Shown piece by piece: positions 25,701-35,705 of a stretch of 64,000 bases of DNA. The DNA is from Octopus sinensis. Lineage: Eukaryota. The translations under genes were made by a program, and so were the position numbers. How positions within the stretch are numbered: position 1 is the stretch's first letter; each line of letters opens with the position of its first letter. Under the pieces are notes generated by a model that saw only the letters and a program-made list of their open reading frames with translations, did no database searches and had not been told where the DNA came from. The DNA lies in contig NC_042998.1 in assembly GCF_006345805.1 (NCBI RefSeq), positions 143,158,001 to 143,222,000 of the forward strand. Reading direction: 5' to 3'.

Positions 25701-26569
25701 AACCTGATGAGTGTTTAGTTCAGTTCCTCTTGTAAGTATAGTTCTGTCAAACTAACTAACTTTAAACATATGATATATAAAACAGAGACTTTTCAGTGGC
25801 ACCTGTACAACCAAAAGGTTTCTGGGTTTCACAATTATGAATTAGTCTCCAGAGGAGGAAGATTAGTGCCTCTAGCCTTTCCAGGGCTTCTAAGCCAACA
25901 GACAACTGGTTCATCATCATCATCATTTAACCTCCTCCTTCCATGCTGGCATGGGCTGGATGGTTTGACAGGAGCTGGCCAGAAGACTACACCAGGTTAC
26001 TGGGTCTGTTTTGGCATAATTTTTACAATTGGATACCCTTCCAAATGTCAACCACTTCATAGTGTGGACTGGATGCTTTTTACAGGGCACCAGCAGAGTT
26101 ACCAAGTAACTTGCAAGACAAGAAATTTTGGATATCATTCATAAAATGTAAATGACTATACAGAGATCTTTGATAACTTTTACAATGCAGCACACATTCA
26201 TAATTTCAATATAATTTATTATTTAATCTCTTGCATTACAAACCATTAACTTATGAGATCAAACAATTACAACAACTGCAGTGTGCCCTGATTTTCTTAA
26301 GTCTACCAAGCTATAATGAAACAGTTGCCATTTAACAGTAAACCCAACTTTAACAATTTATCTTCAAATGTACACATCTAACAGAAATATTTAGAATGGA
26401 AATTCAAGTGAAAAAGAAATTACAAGAAAGATGGAGGGAATGTTGTCAGAACTGAGGACTGAAAAAGAAATTTTAAAAAGATATAAAAACAAAAAGCACC
26501 TACCTGCTTTTCATAAATCTGTGCCAAAACACTAGCTGCTTCAAACCGTACATCATCTGCAGCAGCCAT
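893..26569 (-). CDS. MAU2: MAU2/Scc4 cohesin loader subunit, 5'-partial; 16 coding exons joined (1533 nt, 510 aa + stop)
   Basis: Spliced translation is colinear with human MAU2 from ~residue 99 to the C-terminus ([77 protein letters not shown]). All junctions are GT-AG with consistent phases. Confidence 0.97.
1043..2245 (-). mobile_element. Cluster of same-orientation SINE family A copies (about 1043-1265, 1281-1664, 1700-2060, 2095-2245)
   Basis: Repeated blocks cttacttgtttcagtcatttgactg, ccaaatccactcacaaggc, gactgaacctggaaccatgtggttgg; A/B-box-like head on the minus strand. Confidence 0.85.
2400..2605 (-). mobile_element. RTE-clade LINE ORF C-terminal fragment, decayed
   Basis: Minus strand translates, with stops and shifts, as MCNVSV...[27 protein letters not shown]...[11 protein letters not shown], matching the RTE RLRWFGHV..GRPRKTW motif. 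Confidence 0.75.
3424..3551 (-). CDS. MAU2: MAU2 exon (128 nt) (D)[42 protein letters not shown]
   Basis: tattatag| ... |gtaagt. Confidence 0.96.
4134..4320. mobile_element. TTAA-flanked MITE family C (~200 bp); other copies at ~10575-10799, 19897-20120, 29707-29920, 35776-36230, 39494-39710, 43016-43350, 56105-56326
   Basis: Ends ttaaccctttt...aaaagggttaa; shared core accatatttctgttgaaatacac...aataatgaagaatttagtaaaataac...aagtttgtatcat. Confidence 0.75.
4889..4979 (-). CDS. MAU2: MAU2 exon (91 nt) [30 protein letters not shown]
   Basis: tattgcag| ... G|gtaatt. Confidence 0.96.
5200..5580. mobile_element. Two inverted copies of SINE family E (about 5200-5365 +, 5395-5580 -); others at ~11535-11740, 23545-23760, 32280-32460, 52480-52860
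   Basis: Shared gcaaaatgcttagc...gagttcaaat...gactttgcctttcatcctttcggggtc(g/a)ataaaataagtacc block. Confidence 0.75.
6516..6627 (-). CDS. MAU2: MAU2 exon (112 nt) [37 protein letters not shown]
   Basis: ttcttcag| ... |gtaaat. Confidence 0.97.
8060..8330 (+). mobile_element. 5'-truncated RTE LINE 3' end (ORF end + 3' UTR + GAT tail); many similar remnants, e.g. ~13880-14160, 21197-21460, 25910-26120, 37600-37885, 59000-59232, 61545-61722, 63105-63270
   Basis: Encodes ...[16 protein letters not shown] followed by gagtggttggcattaagaagggcatccagctgta...ccatg...aaat(gat)n. Confidence 0.7.
8652..8870. mobile_element. TTAA-flanked MITE family B (~210 bp); other copies at ~9208-9430, 22013-22223, 34925-35152, 35943-36166, 52260-52475
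   Basis: Ends ttaaccctttagcatt...gctaaagggttaa; shared core cctaccctacaatgtcattctaaaa...aataatgcatgatt. Confidence 0.75.
8904..8981 (-). CDS. MAU2: MAU2 exon (78 nt) [25 protein letters not shown](K)
   Basis: attttcag| ... |gtgagt. Confidence 0.96.
9515..9712 (-). mobile_element. Penelope-like element pseudo-LTR fragment with inverted duplication
   Basis: 48-bp inverted arms (9520-9567, 9632-9679; 44/48 match) enclosing a hammerhead motif. Confidence 0.65.
9566..9609 (-). ncRNA. Minimal type I hammerhead ribozyme motif (G12 mutated, probably inactive)
   Basis: CAC-CTGATGA-A-GGCTG-gagagtatat-CAGCC-(A)AAAC-GTT^GTG. Confidence 0.6.
11067..11200 (-). CDS. MAU2: MAU2 exon (134 nt) [44 protein letters not shown]
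   Basis: acttgcag| ... |gtaagt; NLA-VY-R and SLLE motifs; phase fits neighbours. Confidence 0.93.
11535..11740 (+). mobile_element. SINE family E copy
   Basis: aaggtggcaagctggtagaatc...cttttggggtcaataaaataagta...aaattgctggcctggtgccaaaatttgaa. Confidence 0.75.
12500..12565 (-). CDS. MAU2: MAU2 exon (66 nt) [22 protein letters not shown]
   Basis: ccttctag| ... |gtaagt. Confidence 0.96.
12777..13029. mobile_element. hAT (Charlie-like) MITE
   Basis: TIRs CAGTGGTTCTCAA...TTGAGAACCCCTG; flanks ggttagat / tattagat resemble an 8-bp TSD (6/8); interrupts an older RTE-tail-type repeat. Confidence 0.75.
13330..13407 (-). CDS. MAU2: MAU2 exon (78 nt) [26 protein letters not shown]
   Basis: cctttcag| ... 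|gtgagt. Confidence 0.96.
15109..15212 (-). CDS. MAU2: MAU2 exon (104 nt) (M)[34 protein letters not shown]
   Basis: ctcttcag| ... |gtaagt. Confidence 0.96.
15851..16200 (+). mobile_element. SINE family A full-length copy
   Basis: A-box-like tggctgtggtagg, B-box-like ggttcagtcc, body gtgagtggatttggtagacag, (TG)n, tail gaaataagtaaaaga. Confidence 0.85.
16349..16439 (-). CDS. MAU2: MAU2 exon (91 nt) [30 protein letters not shown]
   Basis: ttctacag| ... |gtaatt; near-identical to the human segment. Confidence 0.97.
17465..17493. repeat. (GAT)n microsatellite; other simple repeats at ~515-557, 1667-1699 (TA), 27338-27368 (TG), 47287-47324 (TA), 62799-62836 (TA)
   Basis: Directly visible. Confidence 0.95.
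17803..17876 (-). CDS. MAU2: MAU2 exon (74 nt) (E)[24 protein letters not shown]
   Basis: ttttttcag| ... |gtgagt; phase 1 start matches previous exon. Confidence 0.96.
18808..19532 (-). mobile_element. Decayed mariner transposase fragment
   Basis: [17 protein letters not shown] and [10 protein letters not shown] motifs (mariner [26 protein letters not shown]) with frameshifts; TA-run at the end. Confidence 0.9.
19723..19798 (-). CDS. MAU2: MAU2 exon (76 nt) [25 protein letters not shown]
   Basis: tctttcag| ... G|gtaagc. Confidence 0.96.
20503..20838 (+). mobile_element. tRNA-derived SINE family F; related copies at ~18495-18700, 25190-25470, 34455-34590, 46404-46660
   Basis: A box tggctcagtggttagagc, B box gagttcaattcc, central gtgttcttgagcaagacactttatttcac block. 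Confidence 0.85.
21560..21715 (-). CDS. MAU2: MAU2 exon (156 nt) [11 protein letters not shown]...[22 protein letters not shown]
   Basis: tttctag| ... CAG|gtgtgt; [19 protein letters not shown] motif. Confidence 0.96.
22517..22639 (-). CDS. MAU2: MAU2 exon (123 nt) [41 protein letters not shown]
   Basis: tttgatcag| ... |gtaagt; SAC-LLGVG and LFLLSKGM motifs. Confidence 0.96.
22936..23048. repeat. Three ~32-bp units (one inverted, two tandem) around a perfect 34-bp palindrome; hammerhead-like
   Basis: ttggcacttatcaaact|agtttgataagtgccaa at 22959-22992; unit TTGATAAGTGCCAATGCAC(G/A)AAACTCT. Confidence 0.8.
24229..24324 (-). CDS. MAU2: MAU2 exon (96 nt) [32 protein letters not shown]
   Basis: tttatag| ... 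|gtaagt; conserved PYWHCRLLF. Confidence 0.96.
26504..26569 (-). CDS. MAU2: MAU2 exon (first in window, 66 nt) [22 protein letters not shown]
   Basis: Acceptor gtccttaacgttacaaag|, donor CAG|gtaggt; aligns to human IPQFEDVKFEAASLLSELYCQE. Confidence 0.93.
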
Positions 26570-26586
26570 CTTTGTAACGTTAAGGA
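26570..26586 (-). promoter_or_regulatory. U12-type (minor spliceosome) branch site and 3' splice site
   Basis: Minus strand reads gTCCTTAACgttacaaAG|ATG: consensus U12 branch motif close to the AG with no polypyrimidine tract. Confidence 0.75.
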
Positions 26587-27333
26587 CAATATATTGACAA
26601 GTATAAAACATTGATATATATTATATGAAGCAATGCCTAAGTAAAGAGAGTACTCATTACATGATTGAGAGTATGTGATGTAAGTGTACGCATGAGTCAA
26701 GAGTAAATACTCAAGCTAGACATAAAGAAAATTGTCAACACTAAACTTCATCACTATAATGTATAAAATTAGTTTAACAAAAATATTTGCTTATATGTGT
26801 ATACATACATGATAGATGTTAGATGAGCATGACCATTGCTGACAGGTAAGCGTCAGCTGTGCACAAGCAATGGTTTTAAGTTGAGTGCAGCTTGCACGAT
26901 ACCAAAATGACTCTCACTAGCAATACCAAGAAGCCCAGAGACAAGCAAAGAGCAAGATATCCAGCTCAGTAGAGCAGCAGGTTTTATATATGAGTTAGTC
27001 AACTCCTAGATGGATACCTTAGCAAAGATCAAGGACCCTTCACTGCAAGTGAGTTTAATGTGCCCTCGAACACCAACCCAACTATTTCTACATCCTGTCA
27101 CTCTCGTGTTAGTTAACCCACAGCTGGGACCCTGAAGGTGTTACCACACTAGGACAGAATAGACCTGGAAACAATAGTGGCTAAGACGCGGTTTCACAAT
27201 CCTCAAAACCCTGGAACTCCTGAAACAGAGGGCCCCACAACCAGATGCTGTTTAAAGTCATACCCAGGACATACATACATATATGTGTATGTATAAACAT
27301 ATATACGTGTGAATGAGTGTGTATAAAAATATA

Positions 27334-27370
<37 letters not shown>

Positions 27371-27534
27371 TAGTAACAGTCCAAGGAAAGCTAGCAGGCT
27401 GAAAATACTATCACCACTATTCTTGTAAATGTATAATAAATATGTACTCTAAAAGAAGTATTCACTAATCCTTTAGTTTAATGCTAAATTGCAATTGCTC
27501 TTATAACTTGATATAAAAGTAAACATTGACCATT

Positions 27535-27910
27535 TATCTTTCACTTGTTTTAGTCATTGGACTGCAGCCATGCTGGGGCAATGCTTTGAAGGGTTTAGTT
27601 GAACAAATTAACACCAATAGTTATTTCTCAAGTCTGGTACTTATTGTAATGGTCTCCTTTACTAAGCTGCAAAGTTATGGGGACATAAACAAACCAACAC
27701 CAATAATCAAGTGTGGGAAGACACAAACAAACTAACACACACACACACACACACACACCCAAGCATCTTTCAGTTTCTGTCAGCCAAATCCACTAACAAG
27801 GCTTTGGTCAGCCCAGAGCTATCGAAGAAAACACTTGTCCAAAGTACCATGCAGTGAGACTGAACATGAAACCATGAAATCAAGAAGCAGACTTCTTAAC
27901 CACACAGCCA
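27535..27910 (-). mobile_element. SINE family A full-length copy
   Basis: Reverse complement of head, (CA)n and tail. Confidence 0.85.
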
Positions 27911-30138
27911 AATATTTAAAATAACAAAAGCCACCCATGGTACCCATATTGTTTAAGATGAGTGAAGGGAAAAAGAGGTTAAAAGCATTTTTTCTTCATT
28001 TTTAAGAAAACAACAGCATTGAGAAGACAGGTCTTGGTGACTAGATACTGTAGTCCTGTAAATGTATAGAATACTGAATAACTTATAGAATAGAATGATT
28101 AAAATAGCTCAACTGAGATAACAGATTTATGAAAAGATTATCAAGAGAAACTAGAAAAGATTATCAAGAGAAACTAGACTAAGTTTAATGACTAAGTGGT
28201 TTGGTAATTCGTTCCTTTTGACAGCAGGTGATTATGTAATATTTCTGCAAATCAGAGCATGTGAAAATGTTTTTTGTATCTTAGCAAACTTAAGAAAAAT
28301 ATTTTTTAATTTTGTACAAAAAGGTGTGAAGTGGTTGAGTATTTGTGGTGTTGGATTACTAAATAATACCTTGCTAAAATACGATATATTATACTCTTAT
28401 ATAAGGGCAATAATCACATTATCATCATCATTAACATCCATAATCTATGCTGGTATGGGATGGATGATTTGACAGGATCCGACATCCAAGGATTGTATTG
28501 TGCTCCATTGTCTACTTTGGAATGGTTTCTACAGCTGAGTGCCCTTTCTAATACCAAACACTTTACAATGTGTACTGGATGCTTTTTCCATGCTATCTGC
28601 ACTGATAAGGTTGCATGCAGTTTGCAAGACTATGAACCCCAAGTGAAGCAGCTTTATGTTAGGAGATGAAGAAAGGGACCAGTGCAGAACAGATTATGAA
28701 GGGACTAACGCAGAACAGATTTATGAATGGACCAGTGCAGAACAGATTTCTCACTGTAAAAGAGCTACATGATAACTCACATTCTAAAAGAGAGGGTAGG
28801 GGGCGATTGGGGTGGGGCTGGGTGAGGGGTACCTGTTCAAATCTATAAACATAAAGATCCACCTTAACCTATGGATAAATAACTAAAATAACATCCAGAT
28901 ATTGTGTAAAATTACTAAAAAGTTAGACCTCTATGAATGCCAATGATATGTAACAGCTGTACGTTAGATATAATTGTGATATTTTTGTAACTCTGAAATG
29001 AGAGAGGAATATTTCTTGTACACTAGTATCACAATAAAATTTAGTCATCATAGGGAATCTATGTATGCTAGGTGAACCCAAGTACACAGTCAAAAAATAA
29101 TAAAATGCACAAAAACATCTAAACCCAGACTAGAGGTATATTATCTTTAAATCACCACTATTATGGGAAAACAAAATAGAAAATAACTGCTACTATTTAG
29201 TACTATTTAGTGAGTTCAAGAGACCAATGAGAATAATCTCCCCTTGATGAGATTATTTACTTGAATTTTAGCATCAAGTAGAAAGTTGCAGAATATTCAA
29301 TGTAAAACAATGTGCAAAATGCTTTTCTCAAAAGGTATAATCAACACACATGAACGTTTCCAACTGGGAATTATAAACCTAAATGTGGACTCAGATGACT
29401 GAAAACTCCCTAAACAATTTGCAATGTCTCTCTCCTCACCACTACATTTGAAATATAATTATAAAATCTAGTTAACATGTACCTTTTGTTACAAAAATAA
29501 AGATTAAAATTACAAATACATATAAATAAATATAGTTTTCATATAATCTCTCTCTCACTCTCTCTCTGTACTATGCCCATAGGTATCTAATTATACAACT
29601 ACCTGAGGGTTCACCCTGATACGTTATCTCCACCATCATTTCTCTCTTTCTTGCTAGGGTAGCTATGTACCTCTACAGCAAGGCACCTGAGAACAGGGTG
29701 TCCAAGTTAACTCTTTTGATACCAACCCACTTGAAACTGCATCAGGTACTATGATACAAACCTCAGGTTTTAAAATGCTCTAAATAAAAATCTTCCATCA
29801 AAATTTCTTGCTAATTTAGATTCCAAACACCAACTTAATAATGACAGCATTATTTTACTAAATTCTTCATTATTTTCAAAATTAATCAAATCAAAGGTAA
29901 TGTATTTCAACAGAAAATATCTTTCAGTCCATTGAGAGTGTGGCCATGCTGGAGAACAGCCATGAAAGATTTAGTCAAACAAGGCAAAATGGTCCCAGTA
30001 CTTAGTGTGATATTTATTCTATCAAGTACTTTTGCTTAACTGCTAAGTTACAGGGATGTAAACAAACCAACATCGGTTGTCAAGAAATGTGCAGGAGACA
30101 ATGACACAAACACTATTTATTTTGATATATATATATAT

Positions 30139-30805
30139 CCATAAAGTCTCTTTACAATTTCAAAAATTTATTACAAAGGCAATTGATGGGATACGTTTAA
30201 CAGATTTGTTCTATGTACTTAGCAGTTATCAAACTTTTTAACCACATAGCATTTGTGTTTTTCAGGTACCCTGTTGATGGAAAAGGTTCTGTTAAATGAA
30301 ACCTTTAAAAAATGGCTACTCTTCAAGAAAAGACAGAATGTGTATGATGGTTTGTTGAAACAAAATCAGACATCCACACCTAGTAAAACTACAGGATTAA
30401 GTATCCATCAAGTCATGCATGGCACAAGAAATTTATGGAAACAAGAACAGTGTTGGATAAAGGGAAGAGTGGACGACCAAAATTATCTGAGGAAAACATC
30501 TATAAAGTCCATACATACTGTTGCCAGACAATTACAGATTCCGTGTTCAACAGTGTACAAAGTCTTACACAGTAACTTGAAATTGTATGTTTACCAAGTG
30601 CAATTCATACATGCACTCAAACCAAATGATAAACCAAGACGAAAAGAGTTTGCAGTTAACATGTTGGAACGAATTTCTGAGGATGCAACATTCCTCACCT
30701 GAGAGTGTTTTAAGTGATGAGGCAACCTTTCATGTTTCAGGGAAACTGAACACACATAATGTGAGGATCTGGGGAACAGAACACCCTCACATGACTAGAC
30801 AACTT
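30139..30805 (+). mobile_element. Decayed Tc1/mariner-superfamily transposase fragment
   Basis: HTH-like ARQLQIPCSTVYKVLH and first catalytic D motif LSDEATFHVSGKLNTHNVRIWG; frameshifted; begins after a TA run. Confidence 0.85.
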
Positions 30806-30935
30806 TACCAATATAGGGCTACCATATATTTAACAATATAGGCAATACTGCTTAAAGAAGTAATCACATTTAGACCTGAAGATAAATGAAGCCAAGACAA
30901 GATTATAAATACAGCCACTTCTGAATAAAAATATT

Positions 30936-31347
30936 AGGTGCAGGCATGGTTGTGTGGTAAGAAGGTTGCTTCCCAACCATATGGTTCCAGATTCAGTCCC
31001 ACTACATGGCACCTTAGGCAAGTGTCTTCTACTATAGCCTTGGGCCAACCTCAGCCTTGTGTGGATTTGGCAGACAGAAACTAAAAGCAGCTTGTTGTGT
31101 GTGTGTGTGTGTGTATAAATATACACATACATACTCACACACACATGCATATACGTCTGTTTGCCCCCCACCCCATCCATCACTGCTTGATGACAACTGT
31201 TGTTAGTGTGTTTACACCCCTGTAGCAGTTTGGCAAAAGAGACTGATAGAATAAGTACCAGGTTTTAAAAAATAGTCCTGGGGTCAATTTGCTCAACTAA
31301 GATCCTTCAAGGCAATGCTCTAGTCAAATGGCTGAAACAAGTAAAAA
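30936..31347 (+). mobile_element. SINE family A full-length copy
   Basis: Head ggtgcaggcatggttgtgtggtaag, (TG)n, tail ctgaaacaagtaaaaaga. Confidence 0.88.
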
Positions 31348-31513
31348 GAAGAAAAAAGAATAGAATAGGCATGGTTGTGTAGTTGTCTTCAACTGACCAA
31401 TACCTTGCAGGGTGAACTTGGAGGTGGAAACTGTAAGGAACCTGTCATGCATGTGTGAGTGTACATATGAATGTGTGCATGCGTATGTGTTTGTGTCTTT
31501 CTTTTCTTCACAT

Positions 31514-31872
31514 TTTTATCTCTTACTTGTTTCAGTCATGAGACTGTGACCATGCTGGAGTACCACCTTGAAAATTTTTTTTTACCAAATAAATCAATCC
31601 CAGTACTTTTTTTTATGCCTGGTACTTATTCTATTGATCTCTTTCGCCAAACTGCTAACTTACGGGAATGTAAACACACCAACACCAGTTGACAAACACA
31701 GACACACATATGACAAGCTTCTTTCAGTTTCTGTCTACCAAATCCACTCACAAGGCTTTGGTTGACTCAAGTGTATAGTAAAAGACACTTGCCCAAGCTG
31801 CCACACAGTGAGACTGAACCCAGAACCACAGGATTGGGAAGTAAGCTTCTTACCACATAGCCACACCTGTGC
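31514..31872 (-). mobile_element. SINE family A full-length copy (inverted relative to 30936-31347)
   Basis: Reverse complement of the same head and tail. Confidence 0.88.
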
Positions 31873-34004
31873 ACTGATTAAAAATAAAATTACTGTTCAT
31901 ATAAACAGTGCTATTATTATTACAACCGTCTGCAAACACATGCTCAGCCACTGAGCTGTTCATTGTTTGAAGGGTAAGGAGAAATACTGCCTTGCTTGGA
32001 GACAGGTGAAGGTCAGTTCATAGAAAAACATCCAGCCAAAGAAAAATCTGCCTCTACAAGTTCTATCTCATACATGCAATTTTAGAAAAGTAAACATTAA
32101 ATTGATGATGAATATGATGGTGGTGGCAGTTGTGATTCTGGTGATAATGATGAGTCTAATTCACTAACTTAAGTATTGTAATTTCTAGTACTCTTTAAAA
32201 GTGGTTCTAACTATTTTAAGTAAACAAAATACTACAGACTAGAAAAATTATAATGGGTTTCTGGGAAGGTATGTAAAAGCATCAGTTAAAATTCATTGCT
32301 GTACTTAGTTATGACCCTTATGTTCTCAAGTTTACTTCCCACTAGGTCAAACACATGTCATCCTTCTGGAGTCAATAAAAGAAAATACCAGTCAAATACT
32401 GGGGTTAAGAAAATAATCATTTATATCTCCCCAGTAAACTTAAATCTTTATGTCTGTGTTTTATAATAGAGAATCACTACCAAGACACAGATGGATATAT
32501 GAAATATTATTAGGATGGGAAGAAATTTTATTTTATTTATATTCTAAGATTCAAATAAATCATTTTAAGACGTCTGTTGTAACATTTGTAATAACCATCA
32601 TCATCATTTAACATCCACTTTTCTCCATGCTTGCATGGGTCAGATAGAATCTAGTGATGAAGATTTCTTGTTTCCAAGTGAAGTAATATTCCCCCATGAC
32701 TAGAGATGTACTACTGGAAATGAATGATATTGCTCGTATGACAGTGACACTCATTTACAACCATCACATGATGTCAGTACAACACACACACACAAATGAC
32801 AGGCTTCTTTCAGTTTCTGACAACCATGTCTATTCACAAGGCTTTGGTTGGCCAGGACTACTGTAGAAGACACTTGCTCAAAGTGCAATGCAATGGGGTT
32901 GAACTCAAAACTACTGTATTTGATGGCATATAAGGAACTTTTTATTTTTTTAAAAAGTCTCAAAAATATTACCCTGGGTTCCATGTGAAGTTGGGTCTAT
33001 AATACAAGGCTTTAATGCTCTAAAAAGTTTTGTTCCTGAATATACACCGAAACTGGAGTACATCTAATATGCACATGTGTTGTTTAGGCCATCAAATACA
33101 GTATTCAACTGTACAGCCTGTACCTGTGCCTAATAAAGCATAATGTTTATTAAAAATTCAGGTCCTTTTTTCTTTCAAAAGTAGCATAACAAGAATCATG
33201 TAAGTCTTGATTACAAATGATTTCAAAGAACAATCAGACACAACAATGACAAAATAAGTCTGGGATTTCACAAACAATCATATATTCCAGGGTTTTCTAA
33301 ATCAAGGTAAGACTATAACTACACCTGCAGTAATAGCTAGCTGGTAGCTACATAAACTCATAAGATATTACTTGCAGATAGCCAGACTGCTTATTCATGG
33401 AAGAAGGGGTAGGAATAGAAAGGTAATAATTTCAACTATAAATGAGGAGGCAAAGGTAACTTTTTCTGTAAACATTTTAATTGCTACTGTTTGACTTAAA
33501 ACTATCCCTTGTCTAGAAGGATAAACTAGCAGCAGAAACTAAGCTCTCTCTACCCTACAACAATGACTGTTTCATAGAAACATCTGCTGAGTTGTTTCAG
33601 TGGATTTGGTGGGTTTTTAAGAGGAAAACAAATGGCAGAACAATAAGGATTATATATTATATAAAATAAAGTGTTTAAATGTGTGTGAAATATGGAGTGA
33701 GAAAAAGAGAAGGGATATGTGAAAGAAAAAAAGAAAATATGAGGAGGAGGAGGAAGAGAAAGGAATAAAGTAAATTCAAATGTATTTGTTACCTCATGTG
33801 GTAAATTAAATTGTAAAACATAAAAAAGATTTTTTTTTCGATCTAAACACTATTTCAAATGGTATTACATTACATTTAAAAGATATTTTCCTTTGTGGAT
33901 AATTTGTATTTGTCAATTAACAGGGTGCAAACTGCAAATGTAAACCATTTGACTATGCATATGTCAACAAAGACACCTGATGAGAGAGATCAAATTAAGA
34001 AATC

Positions 34005-34385
34005 TTTAATCTTTCACTTGTTGCAGTCATTAGGCTGTGACCATACTGGGAAACTGTCAAAGCTTTTAGTCAAACAAATTGACCATAGTACTTATTTTTA
34101 AGTCAAGCATTTACTCTAATGGTCTTTTTTACAAAACCACTAAGTTATGTTGTGAGATCATAAACAAACCAACACTGTTTGTCAAGTAATGGTGAGGGAC
34201 AAAAAACAAACACACACACTGTATGTGTGTATGTATGTGTATATATATATATAGCAGGTTTCCATAGTTTCCAACAACCAAATTCACTCAAGATATTGGT
34301 CAGTCTGGAGCTTAGTTGACAAGATGCTACACAAGTAGAACTGAACGCAAAACTACATGGTTACAATGCAAATTTCTTAACCCAA
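34005..34385 (-). mobile_element. SINE family A diverged copy
   Basis: Degenerate tail and head blocks. Confidence 0.7.
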
Positions 34386-35289
34386 GCATTTATGTAAAAT
34401 ATATTTTTTAATTTTTATCTCTAAAAATGAGGTTAATAATTTGAATAATTACAATCGCAAGTCATGTAGCCTAATGGTTAGAGTGATGGGCTTGTGATTT
34501 TAAGGTCCTGGTTTCAAAGTATAGTATACTCAAACAAGGCCCTTCATTTCACATTGCTTCAATCTACTCAGCTGGGAAGGAGTACCAATCTAATACACAT
34601 TCAGCTCTCTTTCTCTTCTGCCACCTGTCACAGATGGAGCTGTAGAAACTATGCCAAAACAGACTGTAGAGCATGAAGTAGGTCCTCCTACTTGTTAGAT
34701 TCAACCAGTATTTACTATCTATTAAATGGTGATGATGATGATTTTTAGTCATGTCCATATACCAATATTTTCACAGGTCACTGAAGTACATAGTTAATAT
34801 TAAATAGAGGACAATAAAAAAAGAGGCAGGTGTAGCATGAAGGATGAACATTCTAGGTACAATGTCTCTGACTAAAAGAATCCTTGAGATATTAGTATCA
34901 ACTTTGTTTTACAACACATCAACATACATTTAGCATTTAAAGCAGCCATATCCAGTCCAAATATTCTATCTCTTTATCTGTTTTATGCTCAAACTAGCCC
35001 GATCTAGCCACTCACACCTAAACTACAAAGTCATTCTAAAAATATGCATCATTGTAATCTCAAATCTATGAGATAATGCATGATTAATGCAAAACAAATT
35101 TAAATAGATAAGTATAACATTTGACAGAGTAATCTGAAGGCTAAAGAGTTAAGATGACAATCTATCAACAATAAATACATTCTAATATATTCTCAAGATA
35201 AGAATTTAGGGACCAGTAACAGATTCACAAGTGAAAAACTTACAAAACACCCCAATACAAAAAGTTGGTAGTACAATTTCTAAGCCACT

Positions 35290-35705
35290 TGGTGCAAGTG
35301 TGAATTGCTAAAGACGTTTGCTTCCCAATCACATTCTTTCGGGTTCAGTTCCACTATGTGGCACCTTGGAAAAATGTCTTCAACTATAGCCTCCAAGCCA
35401 ACCAAAGCATTGTGAGTGGATTTAATGGACAGAAAGTGAAAGAAGTTTGTCACACACGTGTGCATGTGTGTGTTGATGTCTCCATGTCTTGACATCACAT
35501 AACAGCTGTAAACAAGCATCATTGCCATACAAGCAATGTTTTTCATTTCCAAACTTCTGTGGAGTCATGTCTTGCCATGGAGAAAATTGCTTGGAAACAG
35601 ATGAGGGTTAGTGACAGGAAGAGCATCCAGCCACAGAAAATCTGCTTCAACAAATTCTGTCCAATCCATGCAAGCATGGAAAAGTAGATGCTAAAGTGAT
35701 CATAA
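35290..35705 (+). mobile_element. SINE with family A head and RTE-type tail; similar copies at ~32595-32915 (-), 43465-43866 (-), 61165-61535 (+)
   Basis: Family A head, then gcttggaaacag...gacaggaagagcatccagcc...ccatgcaagcatggaaaag. Confidence 0.75.

Noticed and set aside
26567-26569. ATG of MAAADD as the MAU2 start codon
   Set aside because: It directly follows a splice acceptor and aligns to internal residue ~99 of human MAU2; the conserved N-terminus is missing from the window.
27010-27045. GTATCCAT near-U12 donor with a 25-nt upstream pseudo-exon
   Set aside because: Mismatch to consensus, stop codons, no MAU2 similarity.
33970-33995. agacacCTGATGA (also cacCTGATGA at ~51251 and 25703) as hammerheads
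   Set aside because: No helix II plus GAAA downstream.
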